From the IMG/VR virus record IMGVR_UViG_3300045988_092126: DNA of 64,000 nucleotides, one strand, 5' to 3'. Positions within the stretch are counted from its first letter, which is position 1. The number at the start of each line of letters is the position of its first letter. The notes beneath the pieces were generated by a model that saw only the letters and a program-made list of their open reading frames with translations, had not been told where the DNA came from and did no database searches. The translations under genes were made by a program, and so were the position numbers. Positions 33,181-43,069 of this stretch are shown in pieces. The DNA is from a virus.

Positions 33181-36100
33181 ATGGCAACATACACGTTTGA
33201 ATCATTACTAAATAAAGCGGATGGGATGACTAAAGTCAATGAATATGTTGTGCAGGAAAAGACTTTGGAAATAGAAGGAGCGTCTTGGTATCATTACGCC
33301 GGAAATGCTGTGAATAAACTTTATATAAACGGTAAAGGATATATTGGATTCGGGGCAGATGTGGAACACTTAAAGATGTTCTGGGCTAAAGCGGCGAACA
33401 ACATAAATGACGTATATAGGCAAGAAGGAGTTCTTGACACAGGAGCTAAATTCCTGAAATTGAAGTTAAAAGGAATATATAATCATTATTATGACAAATA
33501 CGCATATGAATACGAAGTTTTTCTATTTGATGACGGGAATATATTTGTATATATAATTAAAAGTGCGAAGAATGAATACAATACGCTATTTGGAGATTGT
33601 GAAGTCACAAATGGAAAGACCACAGATATTGTGTTAGCAGAATACCATAGCGATTTTAAAAAATATCCTATCAGTAGACTTATTAGCAATGCTGGAATAA
33701 AGCCAAAAGTAATCCGCTCGAAATACACACCGATAAAAGAAGCAGGGGTAAGAATTAAGACAAACCCTGCAGCAGTATACGTCCCAAACGCATTAGATTG
33801 GTCGGAATTGTCGGTAGAATCCTATGACTCATCAGGAAACACGAATGCAGTAAGTAATTTTACATTTCCCGATGTTGATGTATCTACAGTTGGAACAAAA
33901 ACTGTAAAATTATCATATAAAACTTATAGCGTGCCTGTTGAAATCACTGTAAAAGAGGATACAGTCTTAGAACTTACAAAGTTCAATCTTCGCGATCATT
34001 ATCTTCTAAATGAAACACTAGAGATATATTCCGTAACGGCAGTATGGGATAGTGGAAAGAATGAAACATTGACTTCTGGATTTGATGTTTCTGGATTTGA
34101 CAGCGCTACTCCCGGCACAAAGGAACTGACGATTTCATATAAAGGAGCAGCCACAACAAAAAGTATATATGTCGCAGCTACCGCTGCGTTAACCATTGAT
34201 GGTGCCAAGACCGAATACTATATAGGTGATGATTTTGAAAGTGCTAACGGCATTATTACATACGATGATGGAGAAGAAGAGAGTGTTTATGAATTAATAT
34301 ATTCTGGATTTGATAACACGATTGCCGGAGAACAGGTTATCACAGCGACTGTAAGAGGATTAAGCACCACATACACAGTACACGTATCCGATACGGTTAC
34401 TGCAAATATTGGGGCAAATGTAGAAACAGATGCCATAGCTTCGCTTAACCTGATTACTGGTCTATTAACGGTTTCGGGAACGGGCGATACAAAAGATATA
34501 GACACCCCAAGTTATTTTGGCGGTGGAATTTTTGACGGAAAAGGAGATCACTCTAGTCAAGTCAAAAAAATCGTAGTCCAAGAAGGTATTACTGGATTAA
34601 TTGGAGCTTGCTTTTATGGCATGTCAAATGTTACAGAAGTGTCACTTCCATCTACATTAAAGACAATAGGGCAAAGCTGCTTTTCCGGTTGCTCACTAAT
34701 TACAACATTATTACTTCCAGAGGGACTGGAAACATTGCAAGATGGATGCTTCTATAACTGTAGCGGATTGACAGAATTAACATTGCCATCGTCATTGAAA
34801 GAAATAACAGGAACCATAATCGACAATAAAAACGCAGTATTAACCATTCTGAGCAGAACTGTTCTGATTGGCGAATACTCGATTTATGTAAAGACAATTC
34901 GCGGATATATTGGTTCAACAGCAGAGACTTATGCAAATAGCAACAATATCCCATTTGAAGCAATTAATAATATTTTAAAGATTGAAATAGTCAACTATCC
35001 ATCAAAAACTTATCATGTCGGAGAAACGATCTCCAAAGCAGATTTAACTGTACAGATGACCCTTGAAGATGGAACTGTACAGGAAACAGATTTATATGAA
35101 TTAAGCTATGATTTCAGTTCGACCGGGACAAAAACTGTAACGGTATTTATAGGAGATAAAAGTGATACGTTCAACGTTGATGTAACAACGTATAAACTTT
35201 CTGAGGTCGTTAATACTTTAACCGGGATGCAACTAATAGAGAATTCCGGACGGGATGAAGGAACAGACATACTGGATGGCGTTAGCTGGTTTAGATTCAA
35301 CAATGTAATCACAGATAAACTCTATGTTAATGGAAACAACTGGATTGGATTTGGGGTATCTTCAGAGCAATTGAAAATTTGTAACCGCGATGGAGCTACG
35401 CATAATATTTACAGGATGGAAACTGAATTAGACGGAGGTATAAAACTTCTTAAAATCCGAGTAGAAGGATATACATATTTTGCAGCCTCTGAAGCGCACG
35501 AAAGTCAGATAAAATATGAATTATTCTTATTTGACAATGGTGATATGTACCTGAACGTAATTCAGTCTCCTATAGATACAAGCATCTATGCCGGAATATC
35601 CAGCTTGACTAGCAATGGCAAGACTACAAATTTGTCCTTGAATGGAGCTACGCCGGAAAGCCCAGTACAGGTGTCATTCATACACCAGGACGAATCTGGA
35701 CTTGATTGGAATATTTCTTATAGGCCATATAGTCTTGCAACACTTGTCGGAATCAAAGTAGCACAGTTGCCCGATAAAACTAGGTATATGGTTAATGAAA
35801 CGTTTAAGTCTTCTGGGCTTATCGTTAATGTTGTCTATGATGATGGTAGCTCAGGAGTAATCAAAAAATATGCCTTGTCATCCCCAGATATGACATCGTA
35901 CGGTAGCAAAAGTATAACGGTGACATTTGAGAGTTTCACGACCACATTCGACATTATGGTTGTAGATGTAACTGGAATTGAAATAACAAGTCTACCAACA
36001 AAAACGCGATATTACGAAGATGACGAATTTTTAGCCAGTGGAATAATTGTGTCTCAGGTATATACGGATGGGATTAAAGAAGAAATTACGGGCTATTCTC

Positions 36101-38193
36101 TTTCGAGCCCAGATATGTCATCTGGTGGAGAGAAGACAATAACAGTAACTTACAATAAGTTTACGACAACATTTACAATCTCGGTAATTGGTATATCTGG
36201 GATAGAAGTCTCCAAAATGCCAACAAAGACAGAATATTACACAGGTGACAGTCTCGATACGTCCGGTCTCGAAGTAATATCCAAATATACAGATGGAGCA
36301 TCGAGGAAGTTGACAGATTATAGCGTATCAAAACTTGATAGTTCTTCTGCTGGCGAGAAAGAAATTTCCGTAACGTATAAAAATCATACATCCACATTCA
36401 AAGTGACTGTGTATGAACTAAAAGGAATCCGAATTTCACATTATCCAAACAAGATTTATTATAAAATCGGAGAAACGTTCGACCCATCAGGGTTAACTGT
36501 TGTGGAAGTAAGGCAGGACGGAACCGAGAAAGAAATTACAGATTATGATATTTCAGGCTTCGATAGTTTCACCGCAGGTTCTAAGACCATCACAGTTTCT
36601 TATAATGTCACAGACAACGGAGCTTCCAAATTTGTTGGTTCTGACAGTTTTCAAATCAAAGTCACAAACGACGGGAAAAACCCATTTGATGATAGTTCAA
36701 GTGGCGGTTCTGGCGGCGGCTCTGGCGAAGTTGAAGAAGAAAAAACTGAACCAATCAATGTTACAGTACACTGGATTAATGGCGAATTTGCTGACCTTAC
36801 AAATGAAAATATCGACCAGAATACGCTTACTTTGCAGGAGTCTATTTGCTCTGAACAGTATTTCATTTTTGGCGGTTGTGTCTGCAATCAGATAACGTTT
36901 CAGGCTCACCACGACCAGTTTAACGGTACCTCGGAAGAGTTTTATCCCTCTGGCAAAATCGAAGTTTACATCGAGAGAAAAGGAACAAAAATTAAAATTT
37001 TCACAGGTGAAATCGACAGTGCAGAGCGAAAAGCAAACTCCCTGACACGTAATTTTATCGCGTATGATTATCTGTATAAATTACGAAATACTGACATTGC
37101 TCGATGGTATAAAAACCAGACGACTGATAAGAAGAAAAAGCTGACTCAAAAGCAATTTAGAGATAAATTATTTGAGTTTTTGGGACTCGAACAAGTTAGT
37201 ACAAAACTGCATTGGGACGACACTTATGTGCCCGATACGAATAACTCAAATGAGATGAACGTAGTGAATATTCTGAAAGATTTATGCTTGCAAAATGACC
37301 GCTTTGGATGGATGAATAGGGATGGTAAATTTGAGTATTTGAAGCTTCGCCAGAACAGCTATAAATACGGGCAGACCACCGGTAATCAGAACATTTATAA
37401 ATACTACAACAATGAGGAAGTGCATCTTGATACATTCAAAAGTTTTACCGCAAAAGAGGGTAGAATTTGGTTCCCGAATGTTATATTTTGTGACCCCGAC
37501 CCGAATAGAGCCTTTGGATTTATACAAGGTGACTACACAGCGCAGGAAGCATATGATAACAATGTTTATTACAACAGAAATAGTTTCTTTGTCGGGAATG
37601 AAGATTGGCTGAATTACGTTTGGGATGCCAACGAATACGGCGGTATTTCAAGAGCTGAGCCGATTATGAAAATTTGCTATGGCGTGTTCGTAAATCAAGA
37701 TTTGCGGAAATATTATCGTGCGCAGGGATATACCGCCGAGGTTCAGGGAAACCCACTGAACATGGTTGGACAGGCAGTCGAACTTTACTATAAAAAGCAG
37801 ATTCAGCACGACGATCAGGAGCCTACAGAACTGCAATGGTACGTCCATTCATACATCATGAGCAGGACGCTCAAAATCGGCGCTACAGACATGATTGACA
37901 CCTATTCTGCCAACAATGCACCGTTTAATAGTAATAGTCAGCAGTTAGGAAAATACACTCCTGAGATATCCGCAACCGTAAACCGCACCCGATCAGAAAT
38001 GCCAGTAGTGAGCTATGGATTCTCAGACGGTACGAGCGATTTTACCCCGGCTGCTGTTTCTACTTCTGGAGGCACTATAAAAAAGACGGCATTACGTTGC
38101 ATGAAGCGCATCAAAAAAGACGATTACGATAACCTTCCCGCAGCAGCTCGTACTAGGGGCGATACTATTTTCATGACATATAAGGAGAACTAA
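33181..38193 (+). CDS. Tail tip / tail-associated (Tal-like) protein with Ig-like and BspA-type LRR insertions
   Basis: Internal ATG with a GGGAGG RBS, giving 1670 aa. There are at least 9 G(T/S/E)Kx(I/V)TV(T/S)Y-type Ig-like modules and an LRR block (LPSTLKTIGQSCFSGCSLITTLLLPEGLETLQDGCFYNCSGLTELTLPSSLKEI). The C-terminal half has siphovirus tail-endopeptidase-like character. Confidence 0.7.
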   Translation: MATYTFESLLNKADGMTKVNEYVVQEKTLEIEGASWYHYAGNAVNKLYINGKGYIGFGADVEHLKMFWAKAANNINDVYRQEGVLDTGAKFLKLKLKGIYNHYYDKYAYEYEVFLFDDGNIFVYIIKSAKNEYNTLFGDCEVTNGKTTDIVLAEYHSDFKKYPISRLISNAGIKPKVIRSKYTPIKEAGVRIKTNPAAVYVPNALDWSELSVESYDSSGNTNAVSNFTFPDVDVSTVGTKTVKLSYKTYSVPVEITVKEDTVLELTKFNLRDHYLLNETLEIYSVTAVWDSGKNETLTSGFDVSGFDSATPGTKELTISYKGAATTKSIYVAATAALTIDGAKTEYYIGDDFESANGIITYDDGEEESVYELIYSGFDNTIAGEQVITATVRGLSTTYTVHVSDTVTANIGANVETDAIASLNLITGLLTVSGTGDTKDIDTPSYFGGGIFDGKGDHSSQVKKIVVQEGITGLIGACFYGMSNVTEVSLPSTLKTIGQSCFSGCSLITTLLLPEGLETLQDGCFYNCSGLTELTLPSSLKEITGTIIDNKNAVLTILSRTVLIGEYSIYVKTIRGYIGSTAETYANSNNIPFEAINNILKIEIVNYPSKTYHVGETISKADLTVQMTLEDGTVQETDLYELSYDFSSTGTKTVTVFIGDKSDTFNVDVTTYKLSEVVNTLTGMQLIENSGRDEGTDILDGVSWFRFNNVITDKLYVNGNNWIGFGVSSEQLKICNRDGATHNIYRMETELDGGIKLLKIRVEGYTYFAASEAHESQIKYELFLFDNGDMYLNVIQSPIDTSIYAGISSLTSNGKTTNLSLNGATPESPVQVSFIHQDESGLDWNISYRPYSLATLVGIKVAQLPDKTRYMVNETFKSSGLIVNVVYDDGSSGVIKKYALSSPDMTSYGSKSITVTFESFTTTFDIMVVDVTGIEITSLPTKTRYYEDDEFLASGIIVSQVYTDGIKEEITGYSLSSPDMSSGGEKTITVTYNKFTTTFTISVIGISGIEVSKMPTKTEYYTGDSLDTSGLEVISKYTDGASRKLTDYSVSKLDSSSAGEKEISVTYKNHTSTFKVTVYELKGIRISHYPNKIYYKIGETFDPSGLTVVEVRQDGTEKEITDYDISGFDSFTAGSKTITVSYNVTDNGASKFVGSDSFQIKVTNDGKNPFDDSSSGGSGGGSGEVEEEKTEPINVTVHWINGEFADLTNENIDQNTLTLQESICSEQYFIFGGCVCNQITFQAHHDQFNGTSEEFYPSGKIEVYIERKGTKIKIFTGEIDSAERKANSLTRNFIAYDYLYKLRNTDIARWYKNQTTDKKKKLTQKQFRDKLFEFLGLEQVSTKLHWDDTYVPDTNNSNEMNVVNILKDLCLQNDRFGWMNRDGKFEYLKLRQNSYKYGQTTGNQNIYKYYNNEEVHLDTFKSFTAKEGRIWFPNVIFCDPDPNRAFGFIQGDYTAQEAYDNNVYYNRNSFFVGNEDWLNYVWDANEYGGISRAEPIMKICYGVFVNQDLRKYYRAQGYTAEVQGNPLNMVGQAVELYYKKQIQHDDQEPTELQWYVHSYIMSRTLKIGATDMIDTYSANNAPFNSNSQQLGKYTPEISATVNRTRSEMPVVSYGFSDGTSDFTPAAVSTSGGTIKKTALRCMKRIKKDDYDNLPAAARTRGDTIFMTYKEN

Positions 38194-38898
38194 ATGGCAA
38201 TAGAGTATAAAGCTTTTTCCGGCGGAAAAGAAATAGATGGTTTCTATTCCGGTGGAAAAGAGATACAGGAAATATGGGGCGGCGACACACTTTTGTGGAG
38301 AAAGAAAGAAGAGGTAGTTGAAGAAGATCAGTGGTGGGGAGAATATGACCTGTACGCCCGATTTAAAAACCCTGCACCGTACAAGAGAGCAGAAGTTTGT
38401 TTCTCGGTACAATCTAAATATGGAGTTCAATATGCTAATTTAGCATATGGATTTTGTGTGCGGGTGGTAAACGGAATATATATGGTTACAGCGGCGGCTG
38501 TGGACAATTCCAAGCTGGAAGGGAGATATTACAATGGTGATACATCAATGGTTCCAACATGGAGACTTACAACAGATACTGGCGATACGGAATTCGCGTA
38601 TTCTGATTCTGCAAATTGGGATGACATCTTAAAAAAATACAGCCTTTATAATACCAATCCGGAAAACGTACCGTTTTACTCATGGGGCGGGGCATTTGAA
38701 GAGAAACCGTTTTGGTTTAAGGATAGTGACAAACAGGCAGGGGTGCTTGATGTAACTCCTCCTAAAATAGCGGGCAGTGATGAACCAGAAGGTAAATATT
38801 ATTATTATCCATCCAGACTTTTCAGCAGCGTGGGTGCTATGAAAAGATGGCTACTTGACATGTATAATAATCCGGATAAATGGTGGACAGACAAATAG
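38194..38898 (+). CDS. Hypothetical tail-distal protein
   Basis: 234 aa, starting directly after the upstream stop. Confidence 0.6.
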   Translation: MAIEYKAFSGGKEIDGFYSGGKEIQEIWGGDTLLWRKKEEVVEEDQWWGEYDLYARFKNPAPYKRAEVCFSVQSKYGVQYANLAYGFCVRVVNGIYMVTAAAVDNSKLEGRYYNGDTSMVPTWRLTTDTGDTEFAYSDSANWDDILKKYSLYNTNPENVPFYSWGGAFEEKPFWFKDSDKQAGVLDVTPPKIAGSDEPEGKYYYYPSRLFSSVGAMKRWLLDMYNNPDKWWTDK

Positions 38899-38922
38899 TT
38901 ATGTATAAGGAGGAGGATAAAT

Positions 38923-38976
38923 ATGATGAATTCGAGTAGAACCATAATAGGCTCTTTTTGCTTATTTCAACATTAA
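38923..38976 (+). CDS. 17-codon mini-ORF behind a near-perfect RBS
   Basis: AAGGAGGAGG, 6 nt spacer, then ATG ATG AAT...: MMNSSRTIIGSFCLFQH. Confidence 0.3.
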   Translation: MMNSSRTIIGSFCLFQH

Positions 38977-39542
38977 TTTCGCCAAATAAGAACCCCAAAA
39001 ACCGCAAATAAGAGCGCATTTTCCATAAAAACCGAAATAAGTCCTTATTTTCCCAAAAACCATCAAAATCCAAGCCCTGACCGTACTAAAATGTAACTAT
39101 ATTAAAAATAAAAAATGAATAATTTGTAAACGTAAATTTTGCTTGTTTTCAGAATAAATCAATTATCTAAGAAAATAATAAAATCCAGAAATAAATATTC
39201 TGTCAATGGGCAATTTTCGTTTACATAATATCTCAATGTAACGTTACAATAACGTTACCAGTAACGCAATGTAACGCAATAGAATAAGAATAAGAAATAG
39301 AATAAGAATATAATTAATATATATACGAGATATATATTAATCGTCAAATAAGCTTTATTTGACCCTGATATTCTTAATTCATTTCAGCCCAAAATGAACC
39401 ATTTTTATTAACGACCTCGTATTTGACTCATATGACGATTTTACTTGTAATTCGATAAAATCCTCGAATGATATATAAAAATTGATTCTAGGAGCAGATA
39501 CGGAGCCTACAAGGTATATTTAACAGAAAGGAGCAACGCGAT
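38977..39542. promoter_or_regulatory. AT-rich non-coding region with iteron-like repeats, palindromes and promoter-like hexamers
   Basis: Three copies of AAAAACC-N-AAATAAG-type repeats (38993-39070). GTAACG occurs 4 times around a TTTACA-N18-TACAAT promoter (39219-39280). There is an AGAATAAGAATA-type tandem, a perfect 11 bp inverted repeat TTAATATATAT/ATATATATTAA (39314-40), and CAAATAA-gct-TTATTTG. Confidence 0.55.
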
Positions 39543-40934
39543 ATGACAAACGAACAGAAAACAGTTCTCAGGAAGATTATTTACGCAGTCGAAACCGGCG
39601 GACAGGTTTACGGACAGCAGGATTATTCGGACTTCACGGAAGCCTACACTAATTCTTCTGAAGAACACGCAATTACAATCGGTGCCGGACAGTGGTACGC
39701 AGGAGAAGCAAAAGAACTGTTATACCGGATTCAGAGAGCAAACCCGAAGCTATTCAAAGACATGGATAATGCAGGTATGGAAAAAGACCTGCTGATGAAG
39801 AGCTGGGATACATACGCCGTAACAGCGGAATCTGCGAAAGGACAGTGCATTGTAAGTATCATCAGCACTGACCTCGGGAAGAAATGCCAGGACGAGTATA
39901 TGGAAGACCAGATACGAACATACACCCCGACTATCGAAAAAGCCTACGGAACCATGCCAGACACCGCAATGATGGAATGCATCAATATTCTACATCAGGG
40001 TGGTTTTGATGCACTGAAGAGGATCTTGTCTAAAACTCCGGAACCATATACCGCAGATAAGATTTACACAACACTGCGTCAGGATCCTGCAGACCCGACA
40101 CCGAACCAGGTTGGTGACTATGAAGGCAGACAGAAAGCGGTAATCAACATGATTCGGAAGTATGCTGTGACTGCGGAAAGAAAGGAAGATACGACAATGA
40201 CAAAAACAGAAAAAGCAATCAAACAAATGGAATCATGGGCACAGGACAGCTCTCATGGGTACGATCAGGATTATCGCTGGGGAGAAAAAGGAGATTTTGA
40301 CTGTTCTTCAGCGGTGATTCAGGCGTGGCAGAACGCCGGAGTTCCGGTCAAAGCAAAAGGAGCCACCTATACTGGTGATATGAGAACTGTATTTCTTTCA
40401 TGCGGGTTCAAAGACGTGACCAGCAAAGTTAATCGTTCAACTGGTTCTGGACTTTTAAGAGGAGATGTGCTACTTAATGAAACACACCATGTCGCAATGT
40501 ACTGTGGAAATGGAAAAGAAGTAGAAGCCAGTATCAACGAAAAAGGTACTGCTCATGGCGGACAGCCGGGAGACCAGACAGGAAAAGAGTTCCTGATTAG
40601 AAGCTACAGAAATTACCCGTGGGATTGCGTTTTGCGATATTCCGAAAGCAGCGCAGCAGACAATGCAGTTGTCAAAAAACAGAACACCAGAGCCTACATT
40701 GCACAGATTAAAAAAGACACAAAATGTTATACAAAATCAAACAAAAATAGCCCATCTAAACTGTTTCCAAAGCTGAAAAAAGGCGCAGTTGTAGAGGTGA
40801 TGAAGTACACAGAAACAGACGATTCCGGGCTGAAATGGTACTTCATTCGCATCCCTTATCCGAATGACGACGGGTTCGTTTTTGAATTTATTCCAAAAGG
40901 AACATTCACCAGAATTACAAAAATGGCCAAATGA
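39543..40934 (+). CDS. Endolysin (N-terminal muramidase-like region + NlpC/P60-type peptidase + SH3-like C-terminus)
   Basis: 463 aa. DFDCSSAVIQAW...HHVAMYCGNG is a Cys/His peptidase pattern. The C-terminal part (...KKGAVVEVMKYTETDDSGLKWYFIRI) is SH3b-like. Confidence 0.7.
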   Translation: MTNEQKTVLRKIIYAVETGGQVYGQQDYSDFTEAYTNSSEEHAITIGAGQWYAGEAKELLYRIQRANPKLFKDMDNAGMEKDLLMKSWDTYAVTAESAKGQCIVSIISTDLGKKCQDEYMEDQIRTYTPTIEKAYGTMPDTAMMECINILHQGGFDALKRILSKTPEPYTADKIYTTLRQDPADPTPNQVGDYEGRQKAVINMIRKYAVTAERKEDTTMTKTEKAIKQMESWAQDSSHGYDQDYRWGEKGDFDCSSAVIQAWQNAGVPVKAKGATYTGDMRTVFLSCGFKDVTSKVNRSTGSGLLRGDVLLNETHHVAMYCGNGKEVEASINEKGTAHGGQPGDQTGKEFLIRSYRNYPWDCVLRYSESSAADNAVVKKQNTRAYIAQIKKDTKCYTKSNKNSPSKLFPKLKKGAVVEVMKYTETDDSGLKWYFIRIPYPNDDGFVFEFIPKGTFTRITKMAK

Positions 40935-41002
40935 CACTTGTAGCATATCGTGTAGAGTGCTATAATAAATACGTTCCATACATTATTCACCTTTAGCATA
41001 CA

Positions 41003-41044
41003 AAAACCGCCAGATCGTTAATCCCCTGTGGGTCTGGCGGTTTT
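41003..41044. terminator. Bidirectional terminator between the convergent endolysin and response regulator genes
   Basis: AAAACCGCCAGA...TCTGGCGGTTTT. Confidence 0.75.
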
Positions 41045-41046
41045 GC

Positions 41047-41748
41047 TTATCTCATTATGTAATTTTCATATTTTTCTTTGATTTCCTTTGCTCCATTTTG
41101 CCTTATTCGAACAATGTCCCCGGAATCCATGACGAAATTATCACCCGCCGACTGAATGTGATCCATGTTTACCAGATAGCTCTGATGGCAGCGCAAGAAT
41201 CGCTTATCAGACAGCTTTTCTTCCAGATCGTTCAGCTTGCAAGCGGTCACGAAACATCGGTTATTTATAGCGAAAATGTGGCAGACTCTCGCCTGACTCT
41301 CGACGTACTCGATTTCATCGTATTTGAGCCGGTTAATCTGTCCGCGGAATTTGAACGTCAATGTTTCATCCTTCATCTGTGACAGAATCTCGTCAATAGC
41401 CCGGTATATTCTGCCGTATTCCTTGCCCTTGACTACATACTGCATAGCGCCGACATCGAATGCCTCTTGTAGATGAGAATCGTCGGCTGTCCAGAATATA
41501 ATCTTTCCATCATATCCAATATCCCGGAGCTGGTTTGCAATTTCCAGACCGTTCTCCTTTTCCAGAACCATATCCAGTACAATTACATCGTACCATTTAC
41601 CCTCTTTCACATCTTCAACAAGCGGATAGCCCGCCGAATATTCGCTAATTTCATACCGGTAATCTCCTTTGCGCCGCAAGAATCCCGATATGTGCTCTTT
41701 GAACAAGTCAACTTCAAGCTGATTATCGTCACATATGGCTATTCTCAT
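41047..41748 (-). CDS. LytR/AgrA-family response regulator (receiver + LytTR domain), no kinase nearby
   Basis: MRIAICDDN...DVIVLDMVL (receiver Asp). The C-terminal part (...IEYVESQARVCHIF...KRFLRCHQSYLVNMDHI) is a LytTR pattern. The AAGGAGGG RBS fixes the start at 41748. Confidence 0.8.
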   Translation of the reverse strand: MRIAICDDNQLEVDLFKEHISGFLRRKGDYRYEISEYSAGYPLVEDVKEGKWYDVIVLDMVLEKENGLEIANQLRDIGYDGKIIFWTADDSHLQEAFDVGAMQYVVKGKEYGRIYRAIDEILSQMKDETLTFKFRGQINRLKYDEIEYVESQARVCHIFAINNRCFVTACKLNDLEEKLSDKRFLRCHQSYLVNMDHIQSAGDNFVMDSGDIVRIRQNGAKEIKEKYENYIMR

Positions 41749-41976
41749 ATGCGCGCCCTCCTTTCGTAGTCTCAATTTTGTCAAAATACGCAATGATTTT
41801 GACAGTACACACATTTTTCTTCCTGTTTGTGGTATTATTGTCCCACAAACAAAGTGTAGCACTTAAAATTGTTAGTGTAAAGCATTAAAGTTTGACAAAA
41901 TTCGCAAAATATGGTTTCTGTGTCCGAAAGGATGTGTGAATAAAGAAACTGCCTGTAAGAACGACAGGCAAAGAGA

Positions 41977-41998
41977 AAGAGGGGCAACCGCCCCTCTT
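41977..41998 (-). terminator. Intrinsic terminator (minus strand) after the secreted-protein gene
   Basis: AAGAGGGGC-aacc-GCCCCTCTT, with a T-rich tail on the minus strand. Confidence 0.65.
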
Positions 41999-42000
41999 GT

Positions 42001-42804
42001 TTATTTCGCTAAATACAAAACTGAAACAGTATCTATTTTTACGCACATTCCATTCTCTAACGGTAGATTACCAATTTCACTGGAATATAAAGAATTAATG
42101 CTTTCTAAGTCAGAACCAAGACTTTCTTTATATTTTTTTGAAGCGACATGGTATTCTTCTGAATGTTCGTAATCATCATTCTTATAATCATCGTAGCTGT
42201 CATATACGCTGATAATTCCTGCTCCGTCGGTTATTGAAAAGGTGTACTTTCCGGCAGGAATATCTTCGCCAATAATATAAACACCTGGATTTAGCCTGCC
42301 GACATCATCAAGAGAATCGCTTGATTTAGAATCAGATTCGCTGCTTTCCTGAATATCTTCCAAAACACCTTTTTTTAATATTTGACCATCGGAAATTCTG
42401 TCTTCATAGATGGCAGTACCCCATGCAGCCCATGAACGAGAATCATTTGTTAAATCGTTAATGGACGTGGCAATAACTCCGTTATATCCGACTTTTAAGG
42501 CATCCTCAATCACATAATCATAATCGTACCAATTCTGACTAGGAAAACTATTGAGTATGTTCGAGACGTTATCGCAAAAAGTGCTGGTATCTCCATTGCC
42601 CTCGTTTTCGTTTTGAACAACCATTAAGTGTAAAACCTTAGAAGTTTCATCCAAGACGCATTCAGAAGCTTCGACGTGCCCGCCATTGCCATTGATCGGA
42701 GCAAATGCGGCGTTTACATCATCTATACTGCCTGCACTCACACTGACAGGAAAGGCGCTCAAAGTAACAGCACAAGTTAAAAGTAAACAAATTATATTTT
42801 TCAT
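42001..42804 (-). CDS. Secreted protein (signal peptide), unknown function
   Basis: MKNIICLLLTCAVTLSAFPVSVSAGS..., an acidic/Ser-rich linker, and C-terminal GVYIIGEDIPAGKYTF. Confidence 0.7.
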   Translation of the reverse strand: MKNIICLLLTCAVTLSAFPVSVSAGSIDDVNAAFAPINGNGGHVEASECVLDETSKVLHLMVVQNENEGNGDTSTFCDNVSNILNSFPSQNWYDYDYVIEDALKVGYNGVIATSINDLTNDSRSWAAWGTAIYEDRISDGQILKKGVLEDIQESSESDSKSSDSLDDVGRLNPGVYIIGEDIPAGKYTFSITDGAGIISVYDSYDDYKNDDYEHSEEYHVASKKYKESLGSDLESINSLYSSEIGNLPLENGMCVKIDTVSVLYLAK

Positions 42805-42817
42805 AGCAACCTCTTTT

Positions 42818-43069
42818 CTAAGAAATAAAACTCATATACTGTGTGGTAATAAAAATCACCTCAATGATTCCTACTATAACACCAAACCATGCCCCTAAAT
42901 GCCTGTATTCTTTTTTCTTTGTACCAATATCAACAAGTCCTACGATTGCCCCTGCCAAAGCTAACGGAAACGACAAGATGATTGGCAACGGAAGAATGAA
43001 CGCTACGCCTGCCAGAATGCAAGAAATCACACTTAGGGTAGAATCCTTTTTCTTTTCTCTATTGCCCAT
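42818..43069 (-). CDS. Small membrane protein (2-3 TM)
   Basis: 83 aa, with a GGAGGG RBS and an extended -10 (TGGTATAAT) upstream on the minus strand. Confidence 0.65.
   Translation of the reverse strand: MGNREKKKDSTLSVISCILAGVAFILPLPIILSFPLALAGAIVGLVDIGTKKKEYRHLGAWFGVIVGIIEVIFITTQYMSFIS

Noticed and set aside
39261-39310. Tandem short repeats (GTAACGCAAT x2, AGAATAAGAATA-type) considered as a possible CRISPR array. The 11 bp repeats at 54123-54206 were considered for the same reason.
   Set aside because: The units are 10-12 bp with no spacers and no cas genes. They fit operators or iterons, not CRISPR.
41749-41862. N-terminal 38 aa extension of the response regulator ORF (track start 41862).
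   Set aside because: A strong AAGGAGGG RBS precedes the internal ATG at 41748. The canonical receiver domain starts there (MRIAICDD). The extension covers hairpin and operator sequences.
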